A stretch of DNA of 64,000 nt. It comes from Azolla caroliniana. Taxonomy: Eukaryota > Plantae > Polypodiophyta. Position 1 is the first letter of the stretch. Every line of letters starts with the position of its first letter. Of the stretch, positions 22,485 through 34,070 are shown one piece after another. A program made the translations under genes and the position numbers. Location of the stretch: positions 7,874,001 through 7,938,000 of the forward strand of contig JBHGNT010000015.1 of NCBI GenBank assembly GCA_043228905.1. Reading direction: 5' to 3'. Under the pieces are notes generated by a model. That model saw nothing but the letters and a program-made list of their open reading frames with translations. It was not told the origin of the DNA and ran no database searches.

Positions 22485-24736
22485 TTACACATCCGTAGGT
22501 CCCTTCGGACCCTTACCGTTTTCCTTACGGGTTGCCGTGTCTTCCTTCGCCTCTGCTACGGGTTCCCCGTCGTCTTTTTCTTCCATCCGTACCGTTCCCG
22601 GTATAGTGCCGGTGGGCTGCATAAACGGGTTATTTGGCATCGGTCCTTTATAGGGCTTTAGTCTAAATCCGTTGACCCACTTGCCTAGCACTTCACCGGC
22701 AAGTGTCCCTAACTGATAGGACCCGTTGTATTCCCGTGTCAGCCAATACGGGCCTATCCATCTAAACCGGAGTTTACCCGGCATCTTGCCCATCCTCGTT
22801 TGGAATACTAGCACCGGCTTTCCAATTTCGAACATCTTTTCATTACCTTTCCGGTGACGGTCAACGAACGCTTTCCGTCGTCGTTGCTCCAGTTCCATGT
22901 GTAGGATGCTGGCCAGCCGTTGCTCCTCCAGTTCGCATAGTGCTGCTAGCCGCATTTCCTCCGACTCCTTTTCATTCAGCCGTTCCCGTAGTTGGATCCG
23001 TAAGCTTGGTACCTGAAATTCCACCGGCATGACCGCCTCTAAGCCGAACGCTAACCGGAACGACGTTGTCCGGATACTTGTTTTGTATGCCGTTCGGTAC
23101 GCCCATAGCGCGCTATGGAGCTTTGTATCCCAGTCCGTGCGGTTTTCATTGACAATTTTGCGGAGAATGTTCTGGAGCGTTTTGTTGGTTGACTCTGCTA
23201 ACCCGTTTGCTTGTGGGTAGTACGGTGTGCTCCGTTTATGGACCACGGCATAGAACGTTGTTAAGCTTTCAACTACCTGGCCGAGGAAGTGCCCTCCTTG
23301 GTCGCTGATTAATTCAATCGGACATCCATATCGGCACCAAATGTTTTCGTACAGGAATTTTGCTGTGGATGACGCGGTGTTGTCTCTCAAGGCCTTAGCC
23401 TCCACCCATTTAGTGCAATAATCTGTTGCCACGATGACATAACGATTACCCGTTCTCATTGCCGGTGGCTTGAACGGTCCGACAAAATCCAACCCCCACT
23501 TCTGGAATGGCTCTAGTGGAAGTACCGGTTGGTGTGGCATCCGTGCTTGCTCCGTAGGCTGGCCCATTCGTTGGCATAGGTCACATTCCTTAGCATACTT
23601 GACGGCGTCTTTTAACGTCGTGGGCCACCATAAGCCGCTCTGCCATACTTTCCTTGCCGTCGCTTCCCCGGCATAGTGTCCTCCGGCAACCCCACAGTGT
23701 GCTTCCCGTAAGATTACTTGTTTCTCGTCACTACGGACTGCCCGTCTCCATATTCCATCTGCTCCCTCGTGGTAGAGAGTGTCCCGTAACAGACAGAAAT
23801 TGCGGCTCTGCACCGCCAGTCGTTTCCTCTCATCCCGGTTCATTTCCTCCGGTGGCAGGCCCGTGCTTAGGAACTGGTGCATGTTTGTCAGCCACCTATC
23901 TTCTGATGCCACCGTGTCGTCCGCTGCCGTTTCCGGGGTGATACGGAATAACTCTGCGTCCGGGAATTCATCCGATACTCCGTCGCCTGATTCTCCGAAC
24001 TCTAACCGGCTCAGGTAGTCTGCTACGGCATGTTGGATTCCGGGCCGGTGGAAGATCTCGAATTCGAACTCCTGCAACAGCAAGGTCCAACGGGCCAACT
24101 TACCGGTCAGGGACGCCTTGGACACTAAGTACAGGAGCGCCGAGTGATCCACATGAAAGGAGAACTTCCTTCCCAATAGGTAATGACGAAACTTTGTGAC
24201 ACTGTAGATCATGCCCAGGGCCTCCCGTTCCGTAGTCGAATAGTTCTTCTCCGCTTGGGACAGCTTCCGGCTGGCGTAATATACCCGCCGGTACCATTTG
24301 GGCTCCGTAAGTTGCATTAAGGCGCTGCCGATAGCGATGTCGGAAGCGTCAACGAACACATGAAATTCCTTGCTCCAATCCGGAGGCTGCACGACGGGTG
24401 CTTGCGACAAAAGTACCTTCAGGGCATTGTATGCCTTATCCTCCGTATCCGTCCATTGGAACGGTGTCCGATGTACCGCGGTGTGTAATGGTGTAGCCAA
24501 GTCAGCCAAGTGACGGAGCATCCGGCTGTGCCACCGGATCTGTCCTAAGAATCGGCTTAGTGCTTTGGCCGTTTTCGGCGCCGGTGCCCCTAGTATCGCG
24601 TTTACTTTGTCCGGGTCGACCGCAATGCCCTCCTTACTTACAATGTGTCCCAGTAAGATTCCACTTGAAACCCCAAAGATGCATTTTGCTGGGTTTAAGC
24701 TTAGCCGGTATAACCTACACTTTTCAAGGCATAACC
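22485..24736 (-). pseudogene. Element E pol, 3' part (RT end, RNase H, integrase)
   Basis: 678-aa ORF: VDASDIAIG, EREALG, AHCGVAGGH/CDLC, integrase core, GPY; no chromodomain. Confidence 0.92.
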
Positions 24737-25169
24737 GTAGGTGTCATGAACAGTACTGAGACAGAGAAGGAATTAGTACTAAACGAAGGATTAGTACTAT
24801 GAGAGGTGTGGAACTTCTTCGAGAGAAGGAAGAAGTGAGCGAGACAGAGAGAAAGAGAGAGAGAGAGAGTGAGTGAGAGTGATGATAAGAAAGATATTTA
24901 TTATATGAAGAGAATATACAACGGTGGCTGAAAGGCTTAAGACTGGCGTTGAACCAATTTGGTTCAACATAATGCCTAGTGCCCTCTTTTATAGTGTTTT
25001 CAGGAGTAATCCTGAAGCTTCTAGAATGTTCCAGAGAAATCTGGAAAATACACTAATTTCCTATAATAAAATGTAAATGAAAATAATATCCTACGTATTA
25101 CAATAGATGGTCTAATGGTCAAGAGCTCGACCCATATAACCTAAGGTCATGGGTTCGAGTCTTGCCATA

Positions 25170-28100
25170 TCATGACACTATCCCCCCTTTAAAACGACGA
25201 GTGTCACGAGTCGTCTTGGATTGAGGGCCCGGTTTGTGTGGATATTGACGATGGAAGTCTTCAAGAAGAGCACGAGCATTGGTTACATTCTCGATCGGTT
25301 CCCAAGTACGTTCGCTGGGACTATACCCTAGCCAATCGACTAGATAGTAGAGCTTGTTGCGAACAATCTTGGAATCAAGAATGGCGGCAACCTCGTACTC
25401 CGGCCCATCTTCAAGCTCGATCGGGGGTGGAGGTTGGATAAGACGTTCTGGGATGGTGCTCTCGTGGTAGGGTTCGAAGAGAGAACTATGAAACACCGGA
25501 TGTATCCGGAGTTGAGGAGGTAGATCGAGACGAAAAGCAACGTCATTAATCTTTCCAATAATACGGAAAGGACCTAATCGCCGATAATCCAACTTCTCAC
25601 ATGGGCGAGTAGTCTTGATGTGTCGTCGTAGCAACCACACCCGATCTCCAATATTAAAACTAGATGGAAGTCGATGACGATCCGCGTAGACCTTGTGTGT
25701 TTGTTGAGCTTGCTGGAGATGAGTAGATAAATCCGCTTGTATCTTGCGTAACCGCTCCAAACGATCCTCCGCGCACGGATTTGTGGACACCTCTGGGGTT
25801 TCAAGTACACTCCACCGGGGGTGACATCCCGTATAAGCATAAAATGGCGTAACTTTAGTGGATGCGTGGATAGAGTTGTTATAGGCAAATTCGGCGAAGT
25901 GGAGAATATCTGCCCAGTCGTCCTGATGATAGCTGAGAAAGCACCGCAGATACTGCTCCAACGTTTGATTTGTTCGTTCAGCTTGGCCGTCAGTTTGTGG
26001 GTGGTAGCCGGAAGAGAGGTTACAAGTGACCTTGAGCATGTTAAAAAGGTGCTTCCAGAATTTTGACACGAACTGGGGTCCACGGTCGCTGATGATACTA
26101 TCGGGGAGTCCATGATGCCGACATACTTCACGCATGACAATTTCGGCAGTGTCTTCACTGGAGATCTCCTTAGTACATGGCAAGAAATGAGCCATCTTCG
26201 TATATCGATCGACCACTGTTAGAATCGCATTGAACCCTTTAGAGACTGGAAGATCTGTGATGAAGTCTAGAGCAATGGATTGCCACGGCTTGCTTGGAAT
26301 TGATAATGGTTCTAATAAACCATATGGATGATGCCTTGGCATTTTCGCTCTGCAACATGTATCACAAGTCCGAACAAAATCCTCGACAAATTGTCGCATA
26401 CAGGGCCACCAGAATGATCGTTGTACTAAATGTAATGTTTTAGTACTACCAAAATGCCCAGCTGTATATGTGTCATGACAGTTTTGTACTACTCGAAGGC
26501 GGCAAGAACCATTAGGAACATACAAAAGTTCTTTAAAGAAGAGTAATCCATCATGGTATTTGAATTGCCGATAGTCCGTACCTGGTGGTTGCGACTGTGA
26601 ACACGACGCTCGAGAGGGATCAATTTGTGCTAGTATAGCTTGGGCGAACGCATCTGTCTTCAAGTCTTCACGTATGGTATCGATAACGCGGGAATCCATA
26701 GGCATGTCAAAGATTTGTGTTGCTTGTAATCGTGCCGGTCCCAAGATGACTTGTTTTTGGTTATCGAAAGCTGGCTCGCCGGGACGGGGTGCTAGATACG
26801 AACGCCGTGATAATGCATCTGCCTTCCCTTGGTGCCTCCCCGGACGATATGTAATTTTGAAGTCGAAACGCGTGAGGAAGTGGGCCCACCGAGCTTGACG
26901 TCGATTCAACACACGAGCATCCTGAAAGTAGGCAAGATTCTTGTGGTCACTAAATACGGTGACTGGATGAGAGGATCCCTCCAGAAAATGCCTCCATTGC
27001 ATAAAAGAATCCACTATTGCCAATAGCTCCTTATCATGGATTTCGTAGTTGATTTCGGCAGCATCAAACTTGCGTGAGTGAAAAGCCACAGGATGTAGCT
27101 TTTCATCATTCCCCTGTTGTGACAGAATGCTCCCCAATGCAAAATCCGATGCGTCAGCTTCGATGATGAATGGTTTCTCCGGATCGACATGAGCTAGAAT
27201 TGGAGCCGATGTAAATGCTTTTTTAAGACTCTCGAAAGCCATGTCCGTTTCTTCAGACCAGATGAACGGTTGTCCCTTCCTGGTAAGTTGTGTGAGAGGT
27301 AGAACGATCTTTGAGTAATCCTGTATGAACTTCCGATAAAAATTGGCAAAGCCTAAGAAGCATTGCACATCCCGTACCGAACGCGGAGTCTGCCATTCTA
27401 CCACCGTTCTGACCTTAGCTGGGTCCATGGAGATGCCTTCTGACGAAATGATGTAGCCGAGAAATTCCACTTGGTTGCACCCGAAACTACATTTTTCTAG
27501 CTTTGCATACAGACCATGTTCTCGAAGTCGTTTTAGTACTAATAGTACATGAGAATCATGTTCTTCTTGGGTCTTTGAATAAACCAGTAGATCATCCAAA
27601 TAGATGATCAAACAATCATCCAATAGATCTCGGAATATATCATTAGCCATGTGCTGGAAGACTGTCGGCGCATTAGTGAGGCCGAACGGCATGACAGTAT
27701 ACTCGAAGTGCCCATATCTGGTGCGAAATGCGGTCTTCCATTCGTCTCCTGGTCGGATCCGTACGAGGTTATATGCTCCCCGTAAGTCGATCTTCGTGAA
27801 GAACCTGGCACCATTGATCCGTTCTAAAAGACTTGAGATAAGGGGAAGAGCATACCTATTCCTGATTGTAACCTTATTCAAGCCACGGTAATCTACAACG
27901 AGACGAAGCGATCCATCTTTTTTCTTGACGAAGAAAATGGGCGCACCGGCTGGAGATTTCGAATGCCGAATGAAACCATTTTCCAAATTCTCCTCTATAT
28001 AGGCCCGAAGGACTTCCAGCTCGGTTGGTGACAAATTGTAGATCGGTCCCCATGGCGGCTCTTTTCCCGGTTGTAAATCGATGGGGCAATCGTACGGTCG

Positions 28101-28727
28101 ATGATGAGGAAGTGTGTTGGCTTGTACTTTATCGAACACATCGGTGTAATGGCGATACTTCTCGGGAAGTTGAACGGTGGATTCTTCTTTAGTGGTGTTG
28201 GAGGGGTTTACTGATATTGCAAAGAGGAACATTTCCTCCTTGTGCCCTTCTTTACGCAACTGACGTAGCGAAATGGTTGCCATCTTCTGAGTTGACCCTT
28301 GGGTTTGTCGACACCGGATTTCTCTTGTTCTCCAATCTATGTCAGGGTTATGTAACTCGAACCACGGTAGTCCTAAAACTATAGGATGTTCTGGGATACT
28401 AATAATATTAAATGATACTACACATACTAAGTTATCTAGAACAATATTAATGGGCTCTGACTCTTCTAGGATATTTCCGGAAGCAATGGGACGTCCATCA
28501 ATGACTACTACAGAGGCTGGACACTGGAGTTTTCTTAGAGATATCTTATGAGCTTGAGCAAATTTCTTATCCATAAAGCAAGAGTTAGCTCCGGAATCTA
28601 GGAGTGCTAGGACATGTACTGGAGGGGTACTTTTAGTACTAACTATTACTTGGGCTACGAACACATCACTAACTTGCTTAGAGGGAATGGAACCACTAAT
28701 GGGCTGCACAGATCTAGGGCTGTCCAA
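25170..28727 (-). CDS. pol: Chromovirus Pol (protease, RT, RNase H, integrase, chromodomain)
   Basis: 1185-codon open frame: LLDSGA, YLDD, EADASD, HHCC integrase, GPF, chromodomain EYEVAAILDS...YLVDWLGY...TWEP. Confidence 0.95.
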   Translation of the reverse strand: MDSPRSVQPISGSIPSKQVSDVFVAQVIVSTKSTPPVHVLALLDSGANSCFMDKKFAQAHKISLRKLQCPASVVVIDGRPIASGNILEESEPINIVLDNLVCVVSFNIISIPEHPIVLGLPWFELHNPDIDWRTREIRCRQTQGSTQKMATISLRQLRKEGHKEEMFLFAISVNPSNTTKEESTVQLPEKYRHYTDVFDKVQANTLPHHRPYDCPIDLQPGKEPPWGPIYNLSPTELEVLRAYIEENLENGFIRHSKSPAGAPIFFVKKKDGSLRLVVDYRGLNKVTIRNRYALPLISSLLERINGARFFTKIDLRGAYNLVRIRPGDEWKTAFRTRYGHFEYTVMPFGLTNAPTVFQHMANDIFRDLLDDCLIIYLDDLLVYSKTQEEHDSHVLLVLKRLREHGLYAKLEKCSFGCNQVEFLGYIISSEGISMDPAKVRTVVEWQTPRSVRDVQCFLGFANFYRKFIQDYSKIVLPLTQLTRKGQPFIWSEETDMAFESLKKAFTSAPILAHVDPEKPFIIEADASDFALGSILSQQGNDEKLHPVAFHSRKFDAAEINYEIHDKELLAIVDSFMQWRHFLEGSSHPVTVFSDHKNLAYFQDARVLNRRQARWAHFLTRFDFKITYRPGRHQGKADALSRRSYLAPRPGEPAFDNQKQVILGPARLQATQIFDMPMDSRVIDTIREDLKTDAFAQAILAQIDPSRASCSQSQPPGTDYRQFKYHDGLLFFKELLYVPNGSCRLRVVQNCHDTYTAGHFGSTKTLHLVQRSFWWPCMRQFVEDFVRTCDTCCRAKMPRHHPYGLLEPLSIPSKPWQSIALDFITDLPVSKGFNAILTVVDRYTKMAHFLPCTKEISSEDTAEIVMREVCRHHGLPDSIISDRGPQFVSKFWKHLFNMLKVTCNLSSGYHPQTDGQAERTNQTLEQYLRCFLSYHQDDWADILHFAEFAYNNSIHASTKVTPFYAYTGCHPRWSVLETPEVSTNPCAEDRLERLRKIQADLSTHLQQAQQTHKVYADRHRLPSSFNIGDRVWLLRRHIKTTRPCEKLDYRRLGPFRIIGKINDVAFRLDLPPQLRIHPVFHSSLFEPYHESTIPERLIQPPPPIELEDGPEYEVAAILDSKIVRNKLYYLVDWLGYSPSERTWEPIENVTNARALLEDFHRQYPHKPGPQSKTTRDTRRFKGGIVS

Positions 28728-28753
28728 CCAAACGGCTCCTATTTTGGCTGGAC

Positions 28754-29905
28754 TTAGTCATTTAACTCTTCTTCTAACTGACTAAGGACATCAAATTTGT
28801 TTGCTAGATCTGGGATATTAGTACTATTAGGACTATCAGATATCCCTACTGAAATAGGCTCGGATTTAGTATAATTAGAACTAGCGACTATTTGGTTTAC
28901 CTGTCTTCTTGGCCTATGGGGGCAATTTATTGCGATATGTCCTGGTCCACCGCAGTAAAGACATAGTCGATTTGTACGGCGTCGCTGCTTTTCTTCTTCG
29001 GATAATGGCCCTCGACGACGTGTAGTGTCAATCTCCATCGGAGTCGGAGTATTCGCTGGAGACGCATTATATGACTCCCTCGGAAAAGGTCTTGCTACCA
29101 CTGAGGCGTAGGTGGGCTCTGATCTTGCCCTCGGCATTTGTAGTTGTCGTTCCGAACGTCGCTCAAAGAGGCGGTTGTCACATCTCACCGCGCGACTGAT
29201 TGCTTCTGTTAAGGACTTTGGCTCTTCGGGGAAGGTCAAGAGTAAATCCTTGACGTCGTTGCGTAAACCATAACGGAATTGCTCCATCAACGCTTGATCA
29301 TCCCAAGGGATATCGGCGGCGAGTAGGCGAAAATCTGCAGCGTATGCGGAGGCTGGACGGTCACCTTGGCGTAATCGCCGGATTTTGTTGATTGCGGTCC
29401 TGATGCTGTCAGTATCTCCGAAACATGCTTTAAAGTCACCTAGAAACTCTTCAAAATTGTTGAGTAACGGAGATTCCTTTTCTAATAGTGGAGCGAACCA
29501 TGACAAGGCTGAGCCACTTAACAAAGTGCCTACTAAACCCACTCGTGATGCATCGGTGGGATATCGGGAAGGATGCATTTGAATAACTAATCGTACCTGG
29601 TTAAGGAACCCTCTAAACTGCGATCGCGTTCCATCGAACTTCGTGGGAAGGCCAATCTTAGGTTCTTTATGAATCCCTTGTGTTCCGGGCCCATGTTGTT
29701 GCATCGCTACGATGGTGGCTTCGAGTTGTTGCACGCGTAACGCAAGTTCCCCATGTTGTTGTTGCGTTTGCTGCTTTTCTAAGGAGATTTGCTGAAGATC
29801 CCCCAGCAACCGTTGGTTTTCTTGTTCCAAAGCATGGAACTTCTCCTTCAAACATTGGAATTCCGAGAAAACAGATTGATATTCTTCAGCGCTAACAGTG
29901 GCCAT
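28754..29905 (-). CDS. gag: Chromovirus Gag (Ty3-type capsid, PEG10/RTL-like, CCHC knuckle)
   Basis: 383 aa: LPTKFDGTRSQFRGFLNQ, LRQG, FRYGL, PMEID, CLYCGGPGHIAINC. Confidence 0.93.
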   Translation of the reverse strand: MATVSAEEYQSVFSEFQCLKEKFHALEQENQRLLGDLQQISLEKQQTQQQHGELALRVQQLEATIVAMQQHGPGTQGIHKEPKIGLPTKFDGTRSQFRGFLNQVRLVIQMHPSRYPTDASRVGLVGTLLSGSALSWFAPLLEKESPLLNNFEEFLGDFKACFGDTDSIRTAINKIRRLRQGDRPASAYAADFRLLAADIPWDDQALMEQFRYGLRNDVKDLLLTFPEEPKSLTEAISRAVRCDNRLFERRSERQLQMPRARSEPTYASVVARPFPRESYNASPANTPTPMEIDTTRRRGPLSEEEKQRRRTNRLCLYCGGPGHIAINCPHRPRRQVNQIVASSNYTKSEPISVGISDSPNSTNIPDLANKFDVLSQLEEELND

Positions 29906-29964
29906 GGGATGAAAGAAAAGAGGAATAAAAGATTAGTAGGAAATGAGAGAGACAGAAGGTAGGA

Positions 29965-29976
29965 AAATTGGTTCAA
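29965..29976 (-). promoter_or_regulatory. Self-priming PBS (non-tRNA) of the chromovirus
   Basis: TTGAACCAATTT, 2 nt inside the 5' LTR boundary, is complementary to AAATTGGTTCAA ~33 nt after the LTR TATAAAA. Confidence 0.8.
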
Positions 29977-30419
29977 ACTGTCATGAACAGTACTGAGACA
30001 GAGAAGGAATTAGTACTAAACGAAGGATTAGTACTATGAGAGGTGTGGAACTTCTTCGAGAGAAGGAAGAAGTGAGCGAGACAGAGAGAAAGAGAGAGAG
30101 AGAGAGAGAGTGAGAGTGATGATAAGAAAGATATTTATTATATGAAGAGAATATACAACGGTGGCTGAAAGGCTTAAGACTGGCGTTGAACCAATTTGGT
30201 TCAACATAATGCCTAGTGCCCTCTTTTATAGTGTTTTCAGGAGTAATCCTGAAGCTTCTAGAATGTTCCAGAGAAATCTGGAATATACACTAATTTCCTA
30301 TAATAAAATGTAAATGAAAATAATATCCTACGTATTACAATAGATGGTCTAATGGTCAAGAGCTCGACCCATATAACCTAAGGTCATGGGTTCGAGTCTT
30401 GCCATATCATGACAGTAGG

Positions 30420-33400
30420 TGCTGCAAATGGTCTTTTTCCCGGCTATAGACTACAAAGCCATCCAGGAAAACCTGCATGAAGGCTGGAATGTATTCGCCG
30501 AAGATCTCCATGATGATTCACTGGAAAGTTGCTGGTGCCGTTTTTAGTCCGAACATCATTACTACGGCCACAAACACCCCCCATTCGGTGACGAACGCTG
30601 TCTTCTCCTGGTCGTCAGGGTGCATCCGGATTTGATTGTATCCGCTGAACCCGTCTAAAAAGCTATAAACTTCATGGCCGGCGACGACATCCAGTACTCC
30701 ATCCGTGAACGGAAGAGGGAATGCATCCGTAATTGTGGCTGCATTTAGTTTCCTGTAATCTACACACACGCGGATTTTACCGTTCTTCTTTGGGACGACG
30801 ACGATGGGGCTCAGCCACGTCGCTTTCTTTACCGGCCGGATGAAGCCCACTCTTAGGAGTTTGTCGATTTCCTCCTTCACTTTGGCGGCGTAGTTGGGGT
30901 TCATTCGGTAACGTCTTTGCGCCACTGGTTTCGCGTCCTTGCCTAAGTGGATCTGATGCTGATATAATTGAGGGTCCAGCCCTCGCATGTCTTCGTATGA
31001 CCAGGCGAATACGTCGCGAAACTCCGTGAGAAGTTTGATCATCGCCGCTTTATCTTCCGGCTTCATTTCTTTGGCGATGTGTACCGGCTTTGATTCGTCC
31101 TTGCTTCCTAGGTTCACTTCGTCGAGCTGGGATGTTTTTACCCGTTGGGAAACGGCCATTTCCCGTTCCAACGCTTCCTGTGCTTGCCGTAATTCCCGAA
31201 TCGAATCTTTGTCTGGTTCGGCTTCGGTTTCGTCCCGCTGCGGCAAGTATGGCGCTACGGCTTCAGCCACGTCAATCTCGAAAAGTGGTACGATCTTCGG
31301 GTGTTCCTCCAAGTACTGGGCTTCTTCGTCGTCTGCCAACCCTTCAAGCATGTTCACGCATTCCGCATACAGCGGTGTGCATTCCTTACCGTTGCTCGTC
31401 TGTGGTTGTGTCGGTACCCGGACCTTGGCTTTTCCGCACCGGAAGGTAATCATATTTTTCCGCTAATTTTGCTTGATGTGTGCTGTTTTCAACCATGGTC
31501 TGCCCAGCAACAGTGGGTACGCGCCTTGCGCCTGTAGCTGCAGCACTACAGCCGGGATGTGAAATGTGTGACCTCCTATGGTGACTTCCAATTTCCGTAT
31601 TAAGCCCGTCGGCCGTACAGAGCTCGTATCCACCATCCGTAGCCAGAACGGACATGGCTCCCATTCATGTATACCCAAGGCATCACACGTGCGGAGGCTT
31701 ATTACGTTCACCCCGGAACCTCCATCGATTACTGTGCCAGGAAGTTCGTGCCCTTTGACAATAGCTGTAATCACCGGACTACTAGTGTCCACCACCGTCG
31801 GTCCCTCCTCCGGATTCGAGAAGAGGACTGGTGCCGGTGGGGCTATACCGTCTGTCATGACCGTTTTTAGTCCTTCCGTAAATCGCGGCACGAGCTGCAA
31901 GAGTCTTCCTAATGGCAACGTGATCTGACATTCTTGCAGTGCTTGCCATGTCTCGTTTTCTGCATGGCTACCGCCGGCACTCCCTATGGTATTCGCCTTT
32001 TGCCGTTCCGCGTCCGCGACGTTCCTTTCATTGGCTTCACCCATTCCGTCGCCTGTTTTCGTATGGCCTCTTGTGTTTCCCACTCTTTGGCCATGCCTTT
32101 CGACCGTGTGGTTACTTGTTGTACATCCGCCACTTCCGGAACAACCATATTAACTGCTGGTCGTTTATCGTAGCTCTTTGCCGGGCACTGGTTACTGTAG
32201 TGGCCTTCCTGCCTGCAGTAGTAGCAGTACTCTTTACGGGTATTGCTGGATTCAGCATTGCTGGTAGCCGGAGTCGGTCCCGTAGTGAGTGGTGCGTTCT
32301 GTGCCGGTTGGCTCCTTGGGGTTCCATGTTCCGGGTCCCTAGTGTGACCACCTTTCTTGAAATTACGTTTCTTATTATTCTTATTTTTATTTCGGTAGTC
32401 CTGTCGTGGTGGATCGTAACATCGGCTGTAGTCCTCCTGGTGCCTTCGGTAACCAGGGGAATGGTCTCTGTCGTATTGCTCGTGTCATCTGTTGGACTCC
32501 CGATAACGGTCCGATCGCTCATACCGGTCGTAGTTATCATGCCGATCCCCGTACCGGCCATCATTCTCTTGTCTGTCTCCGTACCGGACATCCTGTGCCG
32601 GTCGGTACCGGTTCATTCTTTGCCAACGATCTTCATCTTCGTCTCGGCTGCTTCTTGGCTCGATCCGTCGGACGGGTGGTGCTTGTCGGTTTAACAGGTT
32701 ATACTCGCACCGGTCCGTTGTATGACTCTTGGATTGACAAATCACACACTGGGTTCGCATGGTGCACTCCACTGCCGAGTGTCTGGCATTCAAGCAGATT
32801 GTGCATTGAATTGCCTGCCGGAACCGGAGATCTTCATCGGTGGGTAACGCCCGTTGCAGTGCTCCCAGTGTAAGCCATGAGCTTGACTTTTCCATTTCTC
32901 TGACCCCGTCAATGACCTGGTCAATGGTGCTTCCTCGAAAGTCGATCACCGTACACACCGTGCGTAATGGTTCCCGGAGTGCGTTTAAAAATATCGTCCG
33001 TAATTCCTCCTCTGGGGGTGCACGGGCAAGCTGGCTATGCATTCGTTGGAAACGGATTACGAATTGGGGAATGCTTTCCCCTGCCTCCTGTCGGATCGTA
33101 TAAAACAGGCCCACCATTGTCGTCTGGTCGACCTCCTTGTGGAAAAAATGCAAGAATTTTGCTTTTAATTCTGCAAAGGTTGTGATGGTCGCCGGGTCCT
33201 GCGTCCGCCGCCATCGTGCCGCTGGTCCTTCCAACGTGACCCCGAATTCCGCTATCTTCGAGTGTTCTTCTTCCTCCAGTGTCAGTCGCTGGGACGCGTG
33301 ATTTGCTTCCCATGTCTGCTCGAAGGCATGAACATGCGCTTCCGCGTCCGGATCATCGCGATACTTTGAGTATTGGAACGGCATATCGTCGTCCAGTATT

Positions 33401-34017
33401 AGGCCGCGGTTTAGTTGCGTTTGTTGATATCTTTCCGGTTTCCTCTCCGGTTCCACTTCCGGTTCTTTTGCCGGTGCTTTTTCCGGTTCCTCTTCTGGTT
33501 CTTTCACCGGCTCTTCTTCCGGTACCTTCGCCGGCTCTTTCGTTGGTGTCGGTGGCTTTGCTTCTTCCACTTCCGGTGTTGGTGGGTTGACGGCTTCCGT
33601 TTGCGGTTCCGGATAGCCCTGGTCGAACGGTTCCGGTTCTGGAGTTGGCACGGTATCCGACCCGTCGTCCTCCGGGCCGCCGGGGGTATCGTTGTTGCTC
33701 CGGTAGTTCGTGTGCACGCTGTATCCCCCTTCGGAATCCGATTCGTAGGCTGAAAAGGCTTCTGCCTCGTTTTCTCCGCTTGCCAGCGCCTCGAGGAGGC
33801 GTTCGGTTTCCCGGAGACTACTTAGACCGCTTCCGTCGTCCTAGTCGCGAGTTTGCTGTAACCGAAGAGATTCCTCCGCGACTCTCCGGATCTCGTTGGA
33901 GAACGAACGATCCGAGCGAATTTCGTGCGCTGCTTACTGGAAAGTCTCACGCCGTCTTTGCCGTTTGGCGAGGCGTCGAGCTCGGTCTGTAACCAGGTCG
34001 TGCGTTGGTCTCGTCAT
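30420..34017 (-). pseudogene. Element E gag-protease-RT, 5' part, with stops and frameshifts
   Basis: ATG at 34017 (MTRPTHDLVTDR); CTICLNARHSAVEC, CVICQSKSHTTDRC, CYYCRQEGHYSNQC; IDGGSGVN; RT CVDYRKLN...FGLKTAPATFQ. Confidence 0.9.
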
Positions 34018-34070
34018 CCATTAAGCCGTCGTTCGCTGCGAAAAAGCAGGAATCGTGGTCGCCAAAACTG

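Larger units (their letters stand above)
24742..30414 (-). mobile_element. Young Tcn1/Tf1-like chromovirus inserted in the RT of element E
   Basis: 436-bp LTRs 24742-25177 and 29979-30414 (2 differences seen by eye); 8-bp terminal IR TGTCATGA...TCATGACA; TSD GTAGG; PPT AAAGGGGGGATAG; open gag and pol with a chromodomain. Confidence 0.97.

Noticed and set aside
25101-25177. Functional tRNA gene in the chromovirus LTR
   Set aside because: A/B boxes are present but acceptor and T stems do not pair well; reported only as tRNA-like.
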